IMG/VR virus record: IMGVR_UViG_3300025759_000095
DNA from: a virus
Direction: 5' to 3' (one strand)
DNA: 61,958 nucleotides
Part shown: positions 23,401 to 33,123 of the stretch, in pieces
Layout: each line of letters opens with the position of its first letter
Numbering within the stretch: the stretch's first letter is position 1
Translations under genes and position numbers: made by a program
The notes under the pieces: generated by a model
The model's database searches: none
What the model was told of the DNA's origin: nothing
Seen by the model: only the letters and a program-made list of their open reading frames with translations

Positions 23401-25624
23401 ATTATACAAAGTAGTTGATAATCATATATCTAAGCAGTCTATGCTTAAGATGAATCAAAATAAATCTTGGCAATATGGATACAATCCCAAGCACGATTTA
23501 GTTGTGATTAGTAAAGACGGAACTATAGGTGAAATTTATAATATAAATGGTTTACTAATAGGATTGCCTAAAGCACCTAAAAACATATATAAAAATTCAA
23601 AAAAATCAGTCGATCAATATTGGCTTGCCTTTGAATACCCCAAATCATTATCACGAATCAATTCAATATTTCAATGGCATGAAATGAGTAGTGAATTTAA
23701 AAATGAATGGGTAAACTATATAGAGTCTGAGTTTGATAGAAGAGAGGAAGGGTTTTGGTTTTACAACAAGGGCGTGCCTACATATATAACAGGTACACAC
23801 TACATGTATTTACAGTGGACTAAAATAGATATAGGAAAGCCAGAGTTTAGAGAGGCTAATAGAATATTTTATATATTTTGGGAAGCTTGTAAAGCGGACA
23901 AAAGAAGCTTTGGAATGTGTTATCTTAAAATTAGACGTTCAGGTTTTTCGTTTATGGGGTCTTGTGAAGCTGTTAATACAGCTACAATTAGCAAGGATGC
24001 AAGAGTAGGTATACTATCTAAAACAGGATCCGATGCAAAAAAAATGTTTACTGACAAAGTAGTACCTATATCTAATAACTATCCTTTCTTTTTTAAACCT
24101 ATACAAGATGGTATGGATAGACCCAAGACAGAATTGGCTTACAGGGTGCCAGCTTCTAAGATAACAAAAAAGAATATGTTTGAAACAGAAGATGAAGAAC
24201 TGGAGGGATTAGATACAACCATCGACTGGAAAAATACTGCAGATAATAGTTATGATGGTGAGAAACTAAAACTACTAATTCATGATGAATCAGGTAAATG
24301 GCTTAAGCCAGACAATATTATAAATAACTGGAATGTTACTAAAACCTGTTTAAGATTAGGTAGTAAAGTTATAGGAAAATGTATGATGGGTTCTACTTCA
24401 AATGCATTGGATAAGGGAGGTGAAAATTTTAAAAAATTATTCTACAATTCTGATGTAACTAAAAGAAATCAAAACGGTCAAACCAAAAGTGGATTATATA
24501 ATTTGTTTATACCTATGGAATGGAACTTTGAAGGCTACATAGATAAGTATGGTATGCCGGTATTTAACACACCTGATACAGGGATAGAGGGTTCGGATGG
24601 TGAATTAATATATCAAGGCGCATTAAATTATTGGGAAAATGAAGTGGAGTCATTGAAGAAGGATCCAGACGTATTAAATGAATTTTACAGGCAGTTTCCA
24701 AGAACAGATTCTCATGCCTTTAGAGATGAGAGTAAACAATCTTTGTTTAACCTAACTAAAATTTATCAGCAAATTGATTACAATGATTCTTTAATTAAAG
24801 AGCATTATTTAACAAGAGGTAGATTTAGTTGGAAAGATGGAATAAAAGATACTAAGGTGGTTTGGTCACCTGACAACAGGGGTAGATTTTTAGTATCATG
24901 GATACCAGAAAAAAACTTACAAAACTGTAGGGTAAATCAAAATGGAAAGTATCTTCCAGGTAACGAACACTTAGGTAGTTTTGGTTGTGATTCCTATGAC
25001 ATATCCGGAACAGTTGGCGGTGGAGGATCAAACGGCGCTTTACATGGATTAACTAAATTTAACATGGATAACGCTCCTAGTAATGAATTCTTTTTAGAAT
25101 ACGTAGCTAGGCCTCAAACAGCAGAATTGTTTTTTGAAGATGTTTTAATGGCTTGTGTTTTTTATGGAATGCCTATATTAGTAGAAAATAATAAACCGAG
25201 ATTGCTGTACCATTTTAAAAATAGGGGGTATAGAAAATACTGCATGAATCGACCAGATAAAATATTTAATAAACTTTCTAAATCTGAAAAAGAAATAGGA
25301 GGAATACCTAATTCTTCTGAAGAAGTAAAACAAGCTCACGCAAGTGCGATTGAAAGTTATATAGAGAAACATGTAGGAATGGATATGGATGGTATGTTTA
25401 GGGAAAAATTAGATATGGGCTCTATGTATTTTAACCGAACTTTAGAGGATTGGGCAAGGTTCAATATTAATAACCGAACTAAGTTTGATGCGACTATTAG
25501 TTCTGGGTTGGCTATTATGGCTAATCAAAAGCACTTATATACACCACAAAAAAAAGAGTCAAAAATAAAGATTAACTTTGCAAGGTATAATAATAAAGGA
25601 TTATATAGCGAAATACGCAATTAA
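23378..25624 (+). CDS. terL: Terminase large subunit
   Basis: 748 aa. Degenerate Walker A-like KIRRSGFS, Walker B/catalytic LLIHDESGKW, coupling-type GSTSN, and a downstream acidic nuclease-like CDSYD. It abuts a portal-sized gene with a TAATG overlap. Confidence 0.7.
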   Translation: MQKEGQNKLYKVVDNHISKQSMLKMNQNKSWQYGYNPKHDLVVISKDGTIGEIYNINGLLIGLPKAPKNIYKNSKKSVDQYWLAFEYPKSLSRINSIFQWHEMSSEFKNEWVNYIESEFDRREEGFWFYNKGVPTYITGTHYMYLQWTKIDIGKPEFREANRIFYIFWEACKADKRSFGMCYLKIRRSGFSFMGSCEAVNTATISKDARVGILSKTGSDAKKMFTDKVVPISNNYPFFFKPIQDGMDRPKTELAYRVPASKITKKNMFETEDEELEGLDTTIDWKNTADNSYDGEKLKLLIHDESGKWLKPDNIINNWNVTKTCLRLGSKVIGKCMMGSTSNALDKGGENFKKLFYNSDVTKRNQNGQTKSGLYNLFIPMEWNFEGYIDKYGMPVFNTPDTGIEGSDGELIYQGALNYWENEVESLKKDPDVLNEFYRQFPRTDSHAFRDESKQSLFNLTKIYQQIDYNDSLIKEHYLTRGRFSWKDGIKDTKVVWSPDNRGRFLVSWIPEKNLQNCRVNQNGKYLPGNEHLGSFGCDSYDISGTVGGGGSNGALHGLTKFNMDNAPSNEFFLEYVARPQTAELFFEDVLMACVFYGMPILVENNKPRLLYHFKNRGYRKYCMNRPDKIFNKLSKSEKEIGGIPNSSEEVKQAHASAIESYIEKHVGMDMDGMFREKLDMGSMYFNRTLEDWARFNINNRTKFDATISSGLAIMANQKHLYTPQKKESKIKINFARYNNKGLYSEIRN

Positions 25625-28059
25625 TGGTAGATGTTAAAATTGATATAAACCCAGTTGGGTTTCCGGATTTATTTGTTTCTGATAGTGAAAAAGATACAGT
25701 AGAGTATGGATTGCAAATTGGACAGGCAATTCAGTACGAATGGTTTCGTAAAGATAGTAGCACTTGTAGGTTTTATTCTCAATGGAGAGATTACCATAGA
25801 CTACGACTTTATGCTAGAGGCGAACAGTCAGTTCAGAAATATAAAAATGAATTAGCAATTGATGGAGATTTAAGTTACTTAAACTTAGATTGGACTCCAG
25901 TTCCTATTATTCCCAAGTTTGTAGACATTGTTGTAAATGGCATGTCAGACAGATTATTTAAAGTTCAAGCGTATGCTCAAGATGCTTTGTCTGCAGAAAA
26001 AAGATCTTCCTTCCAAGACATGATCGAATCAGATATGGTTGCCAAACCTATACTTTCCCAAATACAAAAAGGCTTTGGAGTAAATCCTTTTGCTACTGAT
26101 CCCGATGAGCTTCCCAATAATGATGAAGAGCTGGCGTTGTATATGCAATTAAATTACAAGCCGGGGATAGAGATAGCTGAAGAAGAAGCTATAAATACTT
26201 TGTTTGAAGAAAATCATTATTCACATACTAGAAGACGTGTTGATTATGATATTACAGTATTAGGCGTTGGAATCACTAAACAATATTTTTTACCAGGTGA
26301 GGGTGTAAAAATAGATTATGTAGATCCTGCAAATGTAGTGTATAGTTATACTGAAGATCCTTATTTCAAAGATTGTTTTTATTGGGGTGAAATAAAAACT
26401 GTTCCAATGACTGAGCTTCCTAAAATAGACCCTACATTAACAAATGAAGATTTAGAGGAGATAGCAAAATACAGTCAAGCTTGGTATGATTATTACAATG
26501 TAGCTCAGTTTTATGAAAACAGTGTATTTTATAGAGACACAGCAACGCTGTTGTACTTTAACTATAAAACTACAAATTCAATAGTATACAAAAAGAAAAA
26601 ATTAGACGGGGGCGGCGCTAGGGTTATTGAGAAAAACGATGAGTTTAACCCTCCAGAAGAGATGATGGAAGAAGGTAACTTTGAAAAAGTTGAAAAGAAA
26701 ATTGATGTCTGGTATGAGGGCGTTATGGTAATGGGTACAAATATTGTCCTTCAGTGGAAAAAAATGGAAAATATGGTTAGGCCTCAATCCGCTTCTCAAC
26801 ACGCTATGCCTAATTACGTTGCTTGTGCTCCAAGAATGTATAAAGGAATTATAGAATCTTTAGTGAGACGTATGATCACATTTGCTGATTTAATACAAAT
26901 GACTCACTTAAAACTACAACAAGTAATTGCGAGGACAGTGCCAGATGGTGTATTCATTGACGCAGATGGGTTGAATGAAGTTGATTTAGGAACAGGAAAT
27001 GCTTATAATCCACAAGACGCATTAAGATTGTATTTTCAAACAGGTTCTGTAATAGGAAGAAGCTATACTCAAGATGGCGAGTTTAATAACGCCAGGGTGC
27101 CAATACAGCAATTAACAGCTAGTAGTGGTCAAGGAAAAATAAATAGTTTAGTGGGTACTTACAACCATTATATGGATATGTTAAGGGGCGTTACTGGATT
27201 AAATGAAGCTAGGGATGGAACTAAGCCAGATCCTTATGCGTTAGTAGGTGTTCAAAAATTAGCAGCATTAAATTCAAATACAGCAACTAGACATATTTTA
27301 CAAGGTAGTTTATACATTACTCAAACATTAGCCGAAGCTCTATCTATTAGAGTTGCCGATATTCTACAATATGCAGAATTCAAGGAAGAGTTTAAAATGC
27401 AGATAGGTAAATATAATGTTGGAATCCTGGAGGAGATAAATGATTTATATATATATGACTTCGGTATATTTATAGAAGTTGCTCCTGATGAAGAAGAGAA
27501 AGCTCAGTTAGAGCAAAACATTCAGATGGCATTATCTAAAAACGATATTAACTTAGAAGACGCAATAGATATAAGAGAACTTAAAAACATAAAGTTAGCT
27601 AACCAATTACTAAAAGTAAAAAGACAAAAGAAACAAGAAAAAGATCAGCAGTTTGCCATGACTCAAAAACAAATGGATGCGCAGACAAAAATGCAGGTTC
27701 AACAAATGCAGGCCGAACAAGAAATGAGAAAGATACAGATGGAAGGTCAAATGCAAATGCAAGCTAAGCAGGCTGAAGTAGCTTTTGATATAGAGAAGTT
27801 GAAAAACGAAGCAATGTTAAAACGTGAGTTGATGCAAGTAGAGTTTGATTTCAATATGCAGTTAAAGGGTAGAGAAGAGCAGGCTATAGATAAAAGAGAA
27901 CAAGAAAGGGAGAAAGCCAAAAACAAACGAATTAGTCAAGCTAACACTGAGCAATCACAATTAATTCAGCAAAGAAAAAACAATCTACCTCCCATTAGCT
28001 TTGAATCAAATGAAGATACGCTAGATGGATTTGACTTAGCAGAATTCGAGCCTAGATAA
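25624..28059 (+). CDS. Portal protein (by position and size)
   Basis: 811 aa, directly after terL and before the scaffold/capsid genes. The C-terminal ~150 aa are a Q/E/K/M-rich coiled coil (QKKQEKDQQFAMTQKQMDAQTKMQVQQMQAEQEMRKIQMEGQMQMQ). No motif-level proof. Confidence 0.6.
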   Translation: MVDVKIDINPVGFPDLFVSDSEKDTVEYGLQIGQAIQYEWFRKDSSTCRFYSQWRDYHRLRLYARGEQSVQKYKNELAIDGDLSYLNLDWTPVPIIPKFVDIVVNGMSDRLFKVQAYAQDALSAEKRSSFQDMIESDMVAKPILSQIQKGFGVNPFATDPDELPNNDEELALYMQLNYKPGIEIAEEEAINTLFEENHYSHTRRRVDYDITVLGVGITKQYFLPGEGVKIDYVDPANVVYSYTEDPYFKDCFYWGEIKTVPMTELPKIDPTLTNEDLEEIAKYSQAWYDYYNVAQFYENSVFYRDTATLLYFNYKTTNSIVYKKKKLDGGGARVIEKNDEFNPPEEMMEEGNFEKVEKKIDVWYEGVMVMGTNIVLQWKKMENMVRPQSASQHAMPNYVACAPRMYKGIIESLVRRMITFADLIQMTHLKLQQVIARTVPDGVFIDADGLNEVDLGTGNAYNPQDALRLYFQTGSVIGRSYTQDGEFNNARVPIQQLTASSGQGKINSLVGTYNHYMDMLRGVTGLNEARDGTKPDPYALVGVQKLAALNSNTATRHILQGSLYITQTLAEALSIRVADILQYAEFKEEFKMQIGKYNVGILEEINDLYIYDFGIFIEVAPDEEEKAQLEQNIQMALSKNDINLEDAIDIRELKNIKLANQLLKVKRQKKQEKDQQFAMTQKQMDAQTKMQVQQMQAEQEMRKIQMEGQMQMQAKQAEVAFDIEKLKNEAMLKRELMQVEFDFNMQLKGREEQAIDKREQEREKAKNKRISQANTEQSQLIQQRKNNLPPISFESNEDTLDGFDLAEFEPR

Positions 28060-28604
28060 TGTTTGATAATTTTAATATTGAAAGATACAAGCAAATTAGC
28101 TTCCCTAAAAACAACTCCTTAAGAACATTGGGTGAAATAAAAAAATTAAAACTAATGCCATTAAATAAAGTTTTGCCGCCTAAATATGATGATATAGGTA
28201 ATGTGTTTCAAAATATTTTTTCACACCGAGCAGAATCTTTTCCATACAGGGTAGTACAAAAATTAATAGAAGAATCTGAGCCTGTAATTAAAAAAATAAA
28301 AGACTATCATAATAGACCAAGGCCTAATGTAAATGCAAAAAAATTTAAGATTGATTTAGACTATTTAAAAATGAAAAGCGCACAAACGCCATCATTTCCG
28401 TCAGGTCACTCGGCGCAATCAAAATTAGTAGCATTAGCATTAACAGATATTTACCCTCATTTGAAAAGGGAATTTGATAAAGCGGCTGAAAATATATCTA
28501 ATAGTAGAATAGTTGCAAGAGTGCATTATGAATCGGATAAAACAGTGGGGGAAAAATTAGGAGCAGATCTTTATAACCATATAAAGGATCTTAAATATAT
28601 TTAG
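28059..28604 (+). CDS. PAP2-superfamily (type 2 phosphatidic acid phosphatase / class A acid phosphatase-like) enzyme
   Basis: All three PAP2 signature motifs occur in order: KIKDYHNRP / KDYHNRPRP (Kx6RP, residues 79-89), PSGHS (114-118) and SRIVARVHYESD (SRx5Hx3D, 149-160). The protein is 181 aa with no obvious TM segments. Confidence 0.8.
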   Translation: MFDNFNIERYKQISFPKNNSLRTLGEIKKLKLMPLNKVLPPKYDDIGNVFQNIFSHRAESFPYRVVQKLIEESEPVIKKIKDYHNRPRPNVNAKKFKIDLDYLKMKSAQTPSFPSGHSAQSKLVALALTDIYPHLKREFDKAAENISNSRIVARVHYESDKTVGEKLGADLYNHIKDLKYI

Positions 28605-28614
28605 AATTATTGTT

Positions 28615-28622
28615 TAACTTTG
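28615..28622 (+). promoter_or_regulatory. Candidate -7 promoter box (TAACTTTG, extended TAACTTTGTAAA)
   Basis: Exact TAnnTTTG in the 33-nt gap, 15 nt upstream of the scaffold ATG (28638). Confidence 0.4.
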
Positions 28623-28637
28623 TAAAAATTAAATCAA

Positions 28638-29819
28638 ATGGAAATAAAAGTAAGAGATTTAGGTGAAATAGAATCTAAGTCAACACAAGAAATCGAAAAA
28701 CAACTATTGGAAAAACACGAAGCTCAACAAGCATCGATGGATAACCCAAAGCCACAAGACGAGGTTCAACGAGTAAACCTACAAGAGACTCCAAAGGAAA
28801 CTCCAAAGGAAACTCCAAAGGAAGAGAAGGTGGTTGAAGAAAAAATTGAAGAATCTGTTGTAGAGGCACCTAGTGAATCTACACCAGAGATGTCTGAAAA
28901 TGACGTTCTTTCATATATTGCAAACAAGTATGGCGAAGAAGTAAGTTCGCTAGACGACTTCATTGTAAAGCGAAGTTCATCTGAAGAATTACCGGAGGAT
29001 GTAAAAGCTTACTTTGATTATAAAAAAGAAACAGGAAGAGGAATAGATGATTTTGTTAGATTACAACAAGATTATGATTCAATGAATCCTGATTCTTTAA
29101 TTGCTAATTATTATTCTGCAACAGAAGAAGGATTAGATTCAGAGGATATTAAATATCTAATGGATGATAAATTTGGATTTGATGATGAATTAGATGATGA
29201 AAAAGAAAAAAAGAAAAAACAATTAGCAAAAAAAAGAGAGCTATCTAAAGCTAAGAAATACTTTAAAGAGCAAAAAGAAAAATACAAACTACCTCTTGAG
29301 TCAAGAGAAGTTGTTTCTGAAAGCAATAAAAAGGAAGTCGAAGCTTATAGAAAGTACATAGAGGAAAATGCTGCGTATGAAAAAGATGCAGCGCAGAAGC
29401 TACAGTGGTTCAAAGAAGAAACTAATAAAGTCTTTAATAAAGATTTCAAAGGTTTTGAGTTTGTTATTAACGAAAAGAAAATTTCTTATTTACCTGGATC
29501 TGTAGAGGATGTAAAAAATAGTCAGTCAAGTATCGAAAATTTTATTGGAAGATATGTTGATGATAAAGGATTGGTTAAAAACACCTCGCAGTATCATAGG
29601 GCTTTATCTATGGCAATGAATCCGGACAAGTATGCCAAGTTCTTTTACGAGCAAGGCAAGGCGGATGCAGTGGACAGTATATCTAAAAAAACAAAAAATA
29701 TAAATATGGATGTAAGGTCTGCTCCACAAGTCACATCAAAATCAGGGTTCAAAGTAAGGTCGTTAAACCAAGACTCAGGTCGAGGTTTGAAGATCAGGAG
29801 TATAAAAAAAAGTAATTAA
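28638..29819 (+). CDS. Scaffolding protein (by position and composition)
   Basis: 393 aa, highly charged and helical (E/K/D-rich), with an ETPKETPKETPKE repeat. It lies between the portal and capsid genes. Confidence 0.55.
   Translation: MEIKVRDLGEIESKSTQEIEKQLLEKHEAQQASMDNPKPQDEVQRVNLQETPKETPKETPKEEKVVEEKIEESVVEAPSESTPEMSENDVLSYIANKYGEEVSSLDDFIVKRSSSEELPEDVKAYFDYKKETGRGIDDFVRLQQDYDSMNPDSLIANYYSATEEGLDSEDIKYLMDDKFGFDDELDDEKEKKKKQLAKKRELSKAKKYFKEQKEKYKLPLESREVVSESNKKEVEAYRKYIEENAAYEKDAAQKLQWFKEETNKVFNKDFKGFEFVINEKKISYLPGSVEDVKNSQSSIENFIGRYVDDKGLVKNTSQYHRALSMAMNPDKYAKFFYEQGKADAVDSISKKTKNINMDVRSAPQVTSKSGFKVRSLNQDSGRGLKIRSIKKSN
28788..28823 (+). repeat. Perfect 3 x 12-nt tandem repeat (actccaaaggaa) encoding TPKE x3
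   Basis: Read directly: actccaaaggaa at 28788, 28800 and 28812. Confidence 0.95.
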
Positions 29820-29842
29820 TAACAATTTAAAAATTAAAAATT

Positions 29843-31273
29843 ATGGCTGGTTCAGTTAGCGCTACTCCTACATTTGCACTACAACCTAGTGCAGAAAGAG
29901 TAGCCGTACAATCAAACTACATAACTAACTTTAACTTCTTAAATCAGTATCTACCGGATACTTATGAAAAGGAGTTTGAGAGATACGGGAATAGAACAGT
30001 GGCATCATTCTTAAGAATGGTAGGCGCTGAAATGCCTTCTAACTCTGACCTTATTAAATGGGCGGAGCAAGGAAGATTACACACTAAGTACACAAATGTA
30101 ACTTCAGCTGCAGCAGCAGCTCAAGATACAGCTACACTAACAATCAATGACACTCTTGTACCAGGTACAGGTGGGATTGCAATTAGAGTAGGTCAAACAT
30201 TTATGTTGTCTGACAGTTCAATTGGTTCTACTAACAGTAACAAAGGTATCGTTACTGCAGTAAACTATGGTGCAGGTACAATTGATGTTGCGTACTATGA
30301 AGCAGGTGGTCAAACAATGGCTGCAGCTGTACAGTGTTCATTATTTATCTATGGATCTGAATTCCAAAAAGGTTCAGTTGCTATGGCTAATTCATTAGAA
30401 GCTGATGACGTGATCTTCAGCAATAGTCCAATTATCATTAAAGATCTTTACGAAGTATCTGGTTCTGATATGGCGCAAATCGGATGGATTGAAGTAACTA
30501 CTGAAAATGGAGCTACAGGATACCTATGGTATTTAAAATCAGAGCATGAAACAAGACTAAGATTCGAGGATTACCTAGAGACAGCAATGGTGGAAGCAGT
30601 TCCAGCAGAAGCAGGCTCTGGTGTGGCAGCTATCGCAGCTGGTGTAGCATCAGGTACAGGTAATAAAGGATCTGAAGGATTATTTTATGTATTAGGTCAA
30701 AGAGGAAATGTATGGGGCGGTGGAATTCCAGCGGCTTTAGCAGACTTTGACGCTGTTATTCAGAGATTAGATAAGCAAGGTGCTATCGAAGAAAATGTAT
30801 TATTCGTGAACAGAGAGTTTTCTTTTGACATTGATGATATGTTAGCTGCACAGAATTCATATGGTGCAGGTGGTAGTTCTTACGGATTATTTGATAATGA
30901 CGAAGAAATGGCATTGAATTTAGGATTCTCTGGATTCAGAAGAGGTTATGACTTCTACAAAACAGATTGGAAATACCTTAACGATCCTACTATGAGAGGA
31001 GATATTGTTGGAGGAAAAATCAACGGTGTACTTGTACCTGCTGGTTCTACTTCAGTATACGATCAAATCTTAGGTAAGAACGCTAAGAGACCATTCTTAC
31101 ACGTAAGATATAGAGCTTCTGAAACTGAAGATAGAAGATACAAAACATGGATTACTGGTTCTGCTGGTGGCGCTGCTACTTCAGGAACTGACGTAATGCA
31201 GGTTAACTTCTTATCAGAAAGAGCGCTTTGTACTTTAGGTGCAAACAACTTCTTCTTATTCCAAAATGCATAA
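29843..31273 (+). CDS. Major capsid protein (by position)
   Basis: 476 aa, following the scaffold-like gene and terminated by the strongest hairpin terminator in the window. Composition is typical of capsid proteins (A/G/T/V-rich, few Cys). No fold evidence is available. Confidence 0.65.
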   Translation: MAGSVSATPTFALQPSAERVAVQSNYITNFNFLNQYLPDTYEKEFERYGNRTVASFLRMVGAEMPSNSDLIKWAEQGRLHTKYTNVTSAAAAAQDTATLTINDTLVPGTGGIAIRVGQTFMLSDSSIGSTNSNKGIVTAVNYGAGTIDVAYYEAGGQTMAAAVQCSLFIYGSEFQKGSVAMANSLEADDVIFSNSPIIIKDLYEVSGSDMAQIGWIEVTTENGATGYLWYLKSEHETRLRFEDYLETAMVEAVPAEAGSGVAAIAAGVASGTGNKGSEGLFYVLGQRGNVWGGGIPAALADFDAVIQRLDKQGAIEENVLFVNREFSFDIDDMLAAQNSYGAGGSSYGLFDNDEEMALNLGFSGFRRGYDFYKTDWKYLNDPTMRGDIVGGKINGVLVPAGSTSVYDQILGKNAKRPFLHVRYRASETEDRRYKTWITGSAGGAATSGTDVMQVNFLSERALCTLGANNFFLFQNA

Positions 31274-31292
31274 TAAGTAGTTTAATAATATC

Positions 31293-31322
31293 AGGGGGTG
31301 ATTTTCACCCCCTAGATATTTT
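31293..31322 (+). terminator. Intrinsic terminator after the capsid gene
   Basis: The perfect stem agggggtga (31293..31301) / tcaccccct (31305..31313) has a ttt loop, and a T-rich stretch (atatttt) follows closely. It lies 20 nt after the stop codon. Confidence 0.8.
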
Positions 31323-31345
31323 ACATAAATTTTAAATTAAATCAA

Positions 31346-32098
31346 ATGAAAAAAATAAAAAAGGTATACGAAGATAAAGTATACAGACTTAAAAGAGATG
31401 CAGCACCTCTTTCCTACATGCTGTCAACCAAACACACTAAAAGAAAAGCCTTATTATATTTTGACGAAGAAACAGGAGTCAATAGAGCTTTGCGATACGC
31501 TAGAAATCAGAAATCTATTTTTGAAGATGAGCAAGATGGCAATGCTATATTAGAGCCTATAATTTTTGAAGAAGGAATGCTTAGGGTCGCAAGACAAAAC
31601 CAAATACTTCAAGAGTTTCTTTCGCTACATCCAGGTAATGGTAATATTTTTTACGAAGTGAATAATGAAAAAGACGCTAATGCTGATATGGAAACTATGA
31701 ACTTTGAATTAGAAGCTCAGGTCGCTGCACGCGATTTAAGCCTCTCTAAGCTTGAAAGTATCTCTAGGGTTATACTAGGGGTAAGAGCTGATAAAATGAC
31801 GACAGCGGAGCTTAAAAGAGATATTATGATATTTGCCAGAAGGGATCCTCAAGAATTTTTAGATCTTATAAATGATCCTATGGTTGAACTACAGGATGAA
31901 GTGGTTAGATTTTTTAGCGCCACTTTGCTTCAAATGAGAAATAAAAATAGAGATGTGTATTTTAATTTAAAGAAAAATAAAACTAAAATGCTTACTGTTC
32001 CTCATGGGGAAGAGCCATCTTATATTGTAGCGTCATATTTTCAAACAGACGAAGGAGTAGAATCTTACAAGTTGTTAAAGAAAATGTTAGACAAATAA
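31346..32098 (+). CDS. Hypothetical virion-module protein (250 aa)
   Basis: ORF following the capsid terminator. Charged helical composition. No motif recognised. Confidence 0.55.
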   Translation: MKKIKKVYEDKVYRLKRDAAPLSYMLSTKHTKRKALLYFDEETGVNRALRYARNQKSIFEDEQDGNAILEPIIFEEGMLRVARQNQILQEFLSLHPGNGNIFYEVNNEKDANADMETMNFELEAQVAARDLSLSKLESISRVILGVRADKMTTAELKRDIMIFARRDPQEFLDLINDPMVELQDEVVRFFSATLLQMRNKNRDVYFNLKKNKTKMLTVPHGEEPSYIVASYFQTDEGVESYKLLKKMLDK

Positions 32099-32140
32099 AG
32101 GAGTATATCCTCGAATAAATCAAATCGTCTTTTTTTTATG

Positions 32141-32148
32141 TATCTTTG
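32141..32148 (+). promoter_or_regulatory. Bacteroidota-type -7 promoter box (TATCTTTG)
   Basis: Exact match in a 67-nt gap, preceded by a T8 run and 17 nt upstream of the ATG at 32166. Confidence 0.5.
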
Positions 32149-32165
32149 TATAAACACGTGATACG

Positions 32166-33119
32166 ATGATAAACGAAGTACGAAATGCAGTCATGGCTGT
32201 AATAAATAAAAACAACTACGGATATATTTCTCCCAGTGATTTTAATTTATTTGCAGAGCAAGCTCAACTTGATATATTCGAGGATTATTTCTATTTATAT
32301 AACAATCAACTAAATGCTGAGGTGATGCGTAAATCCGGAACGGGATATGCAAATATCACTAAAGGTATTATTGAAGTTATAGATAGTTTTTCTGTCAACA
32401 CATTTTTAACTCAAGCTAACGCCAACACCTACACATTACCGAGTGATTACTATTTAGTAGATAAAATATTTTACTATTCAAACGTATTGACTTCAGGAAC
32501 TTCAGATACACCTGGTGCTACATTTGTGCTTGTAGATAATAGTCAAACTTTTTTAAGCACAGTTCAAGTTGGAAACCTAGTCGTTAACACAACAGATAGC
32601 ACCCAGGCTTTTGTGACGGCAGTTGGTAGTAATAAAGAACTTGTTATAAGTGAAAATATTTTTAGCGTTGCAGGAAAAAATTATGTTATTTACTCAAACA
32701 CTCACATAAGAGAAGTAGAAAGAGTTACACAAAATAAAATATTTTATCTAACCAATTCTAATATTGCTGCTCCTACTACTATGTTCCCAGCATATGTATT
32801 AGATAGTGCAACTGGAACGGCATTAGGGAATACAGTTACCGTTTACCCTACGACTATCACTGGAGCAGCGGATATACATGCGCAATATGTCAGGTATCCT
32901 CTAGCGCCTAAATGGACGTTTACTACTTTATCGGGAGGCGAACCGGTGTTTAATGCGTCTGCAGCAGACTACCAGGATTTTGAGTTACCCACTTCTGACA
33001 TGAATGGTTTAGTAAATAAAATATTACAATACGCAGGCGTATCAATAAGAGAGGCAGATGTTGCTAAGTTTGGGCAATCATTAGAGTCAGAAGATAGATT
33101 AACAGAAACCACACAATAA
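32166..33119 (+). CDS. Hypothetical structural protein (317 aa), head-tail adaptor/tail candidate
   Basis: Assigned by position between the capsid and large tail genes. No motif recognised. Confidence 0.5.
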   Translation: MINEVRNAVMAVINKNNYGYISPSDFNLFAEQAQLDIFEDYFYLYNNQLNAEVMRKSGTGYANITKGIIEVIDSFSVNTFLTQANANTYTLPSDYYLVDKIFYYSNVLTSGTSDTPGATFVLVDNSQTFLSTVQVGNLVVNTTDSTQAFVTAVGSNKELVISENIFSVAGKNYVIYSNTHIREVERVTQNKIFYLTNSNIAAPTTMFPAYVLDSATGTALGNTVTVYPTTITGAADIHAQYVRYPLAPKWTFTTLSGGEPVFNASAADYQDFELPTSDMNGLVNKILQYAGVSIREADVAKFGQSLESEDRLTETTQ

Positions 33120-33123
33120 GATT

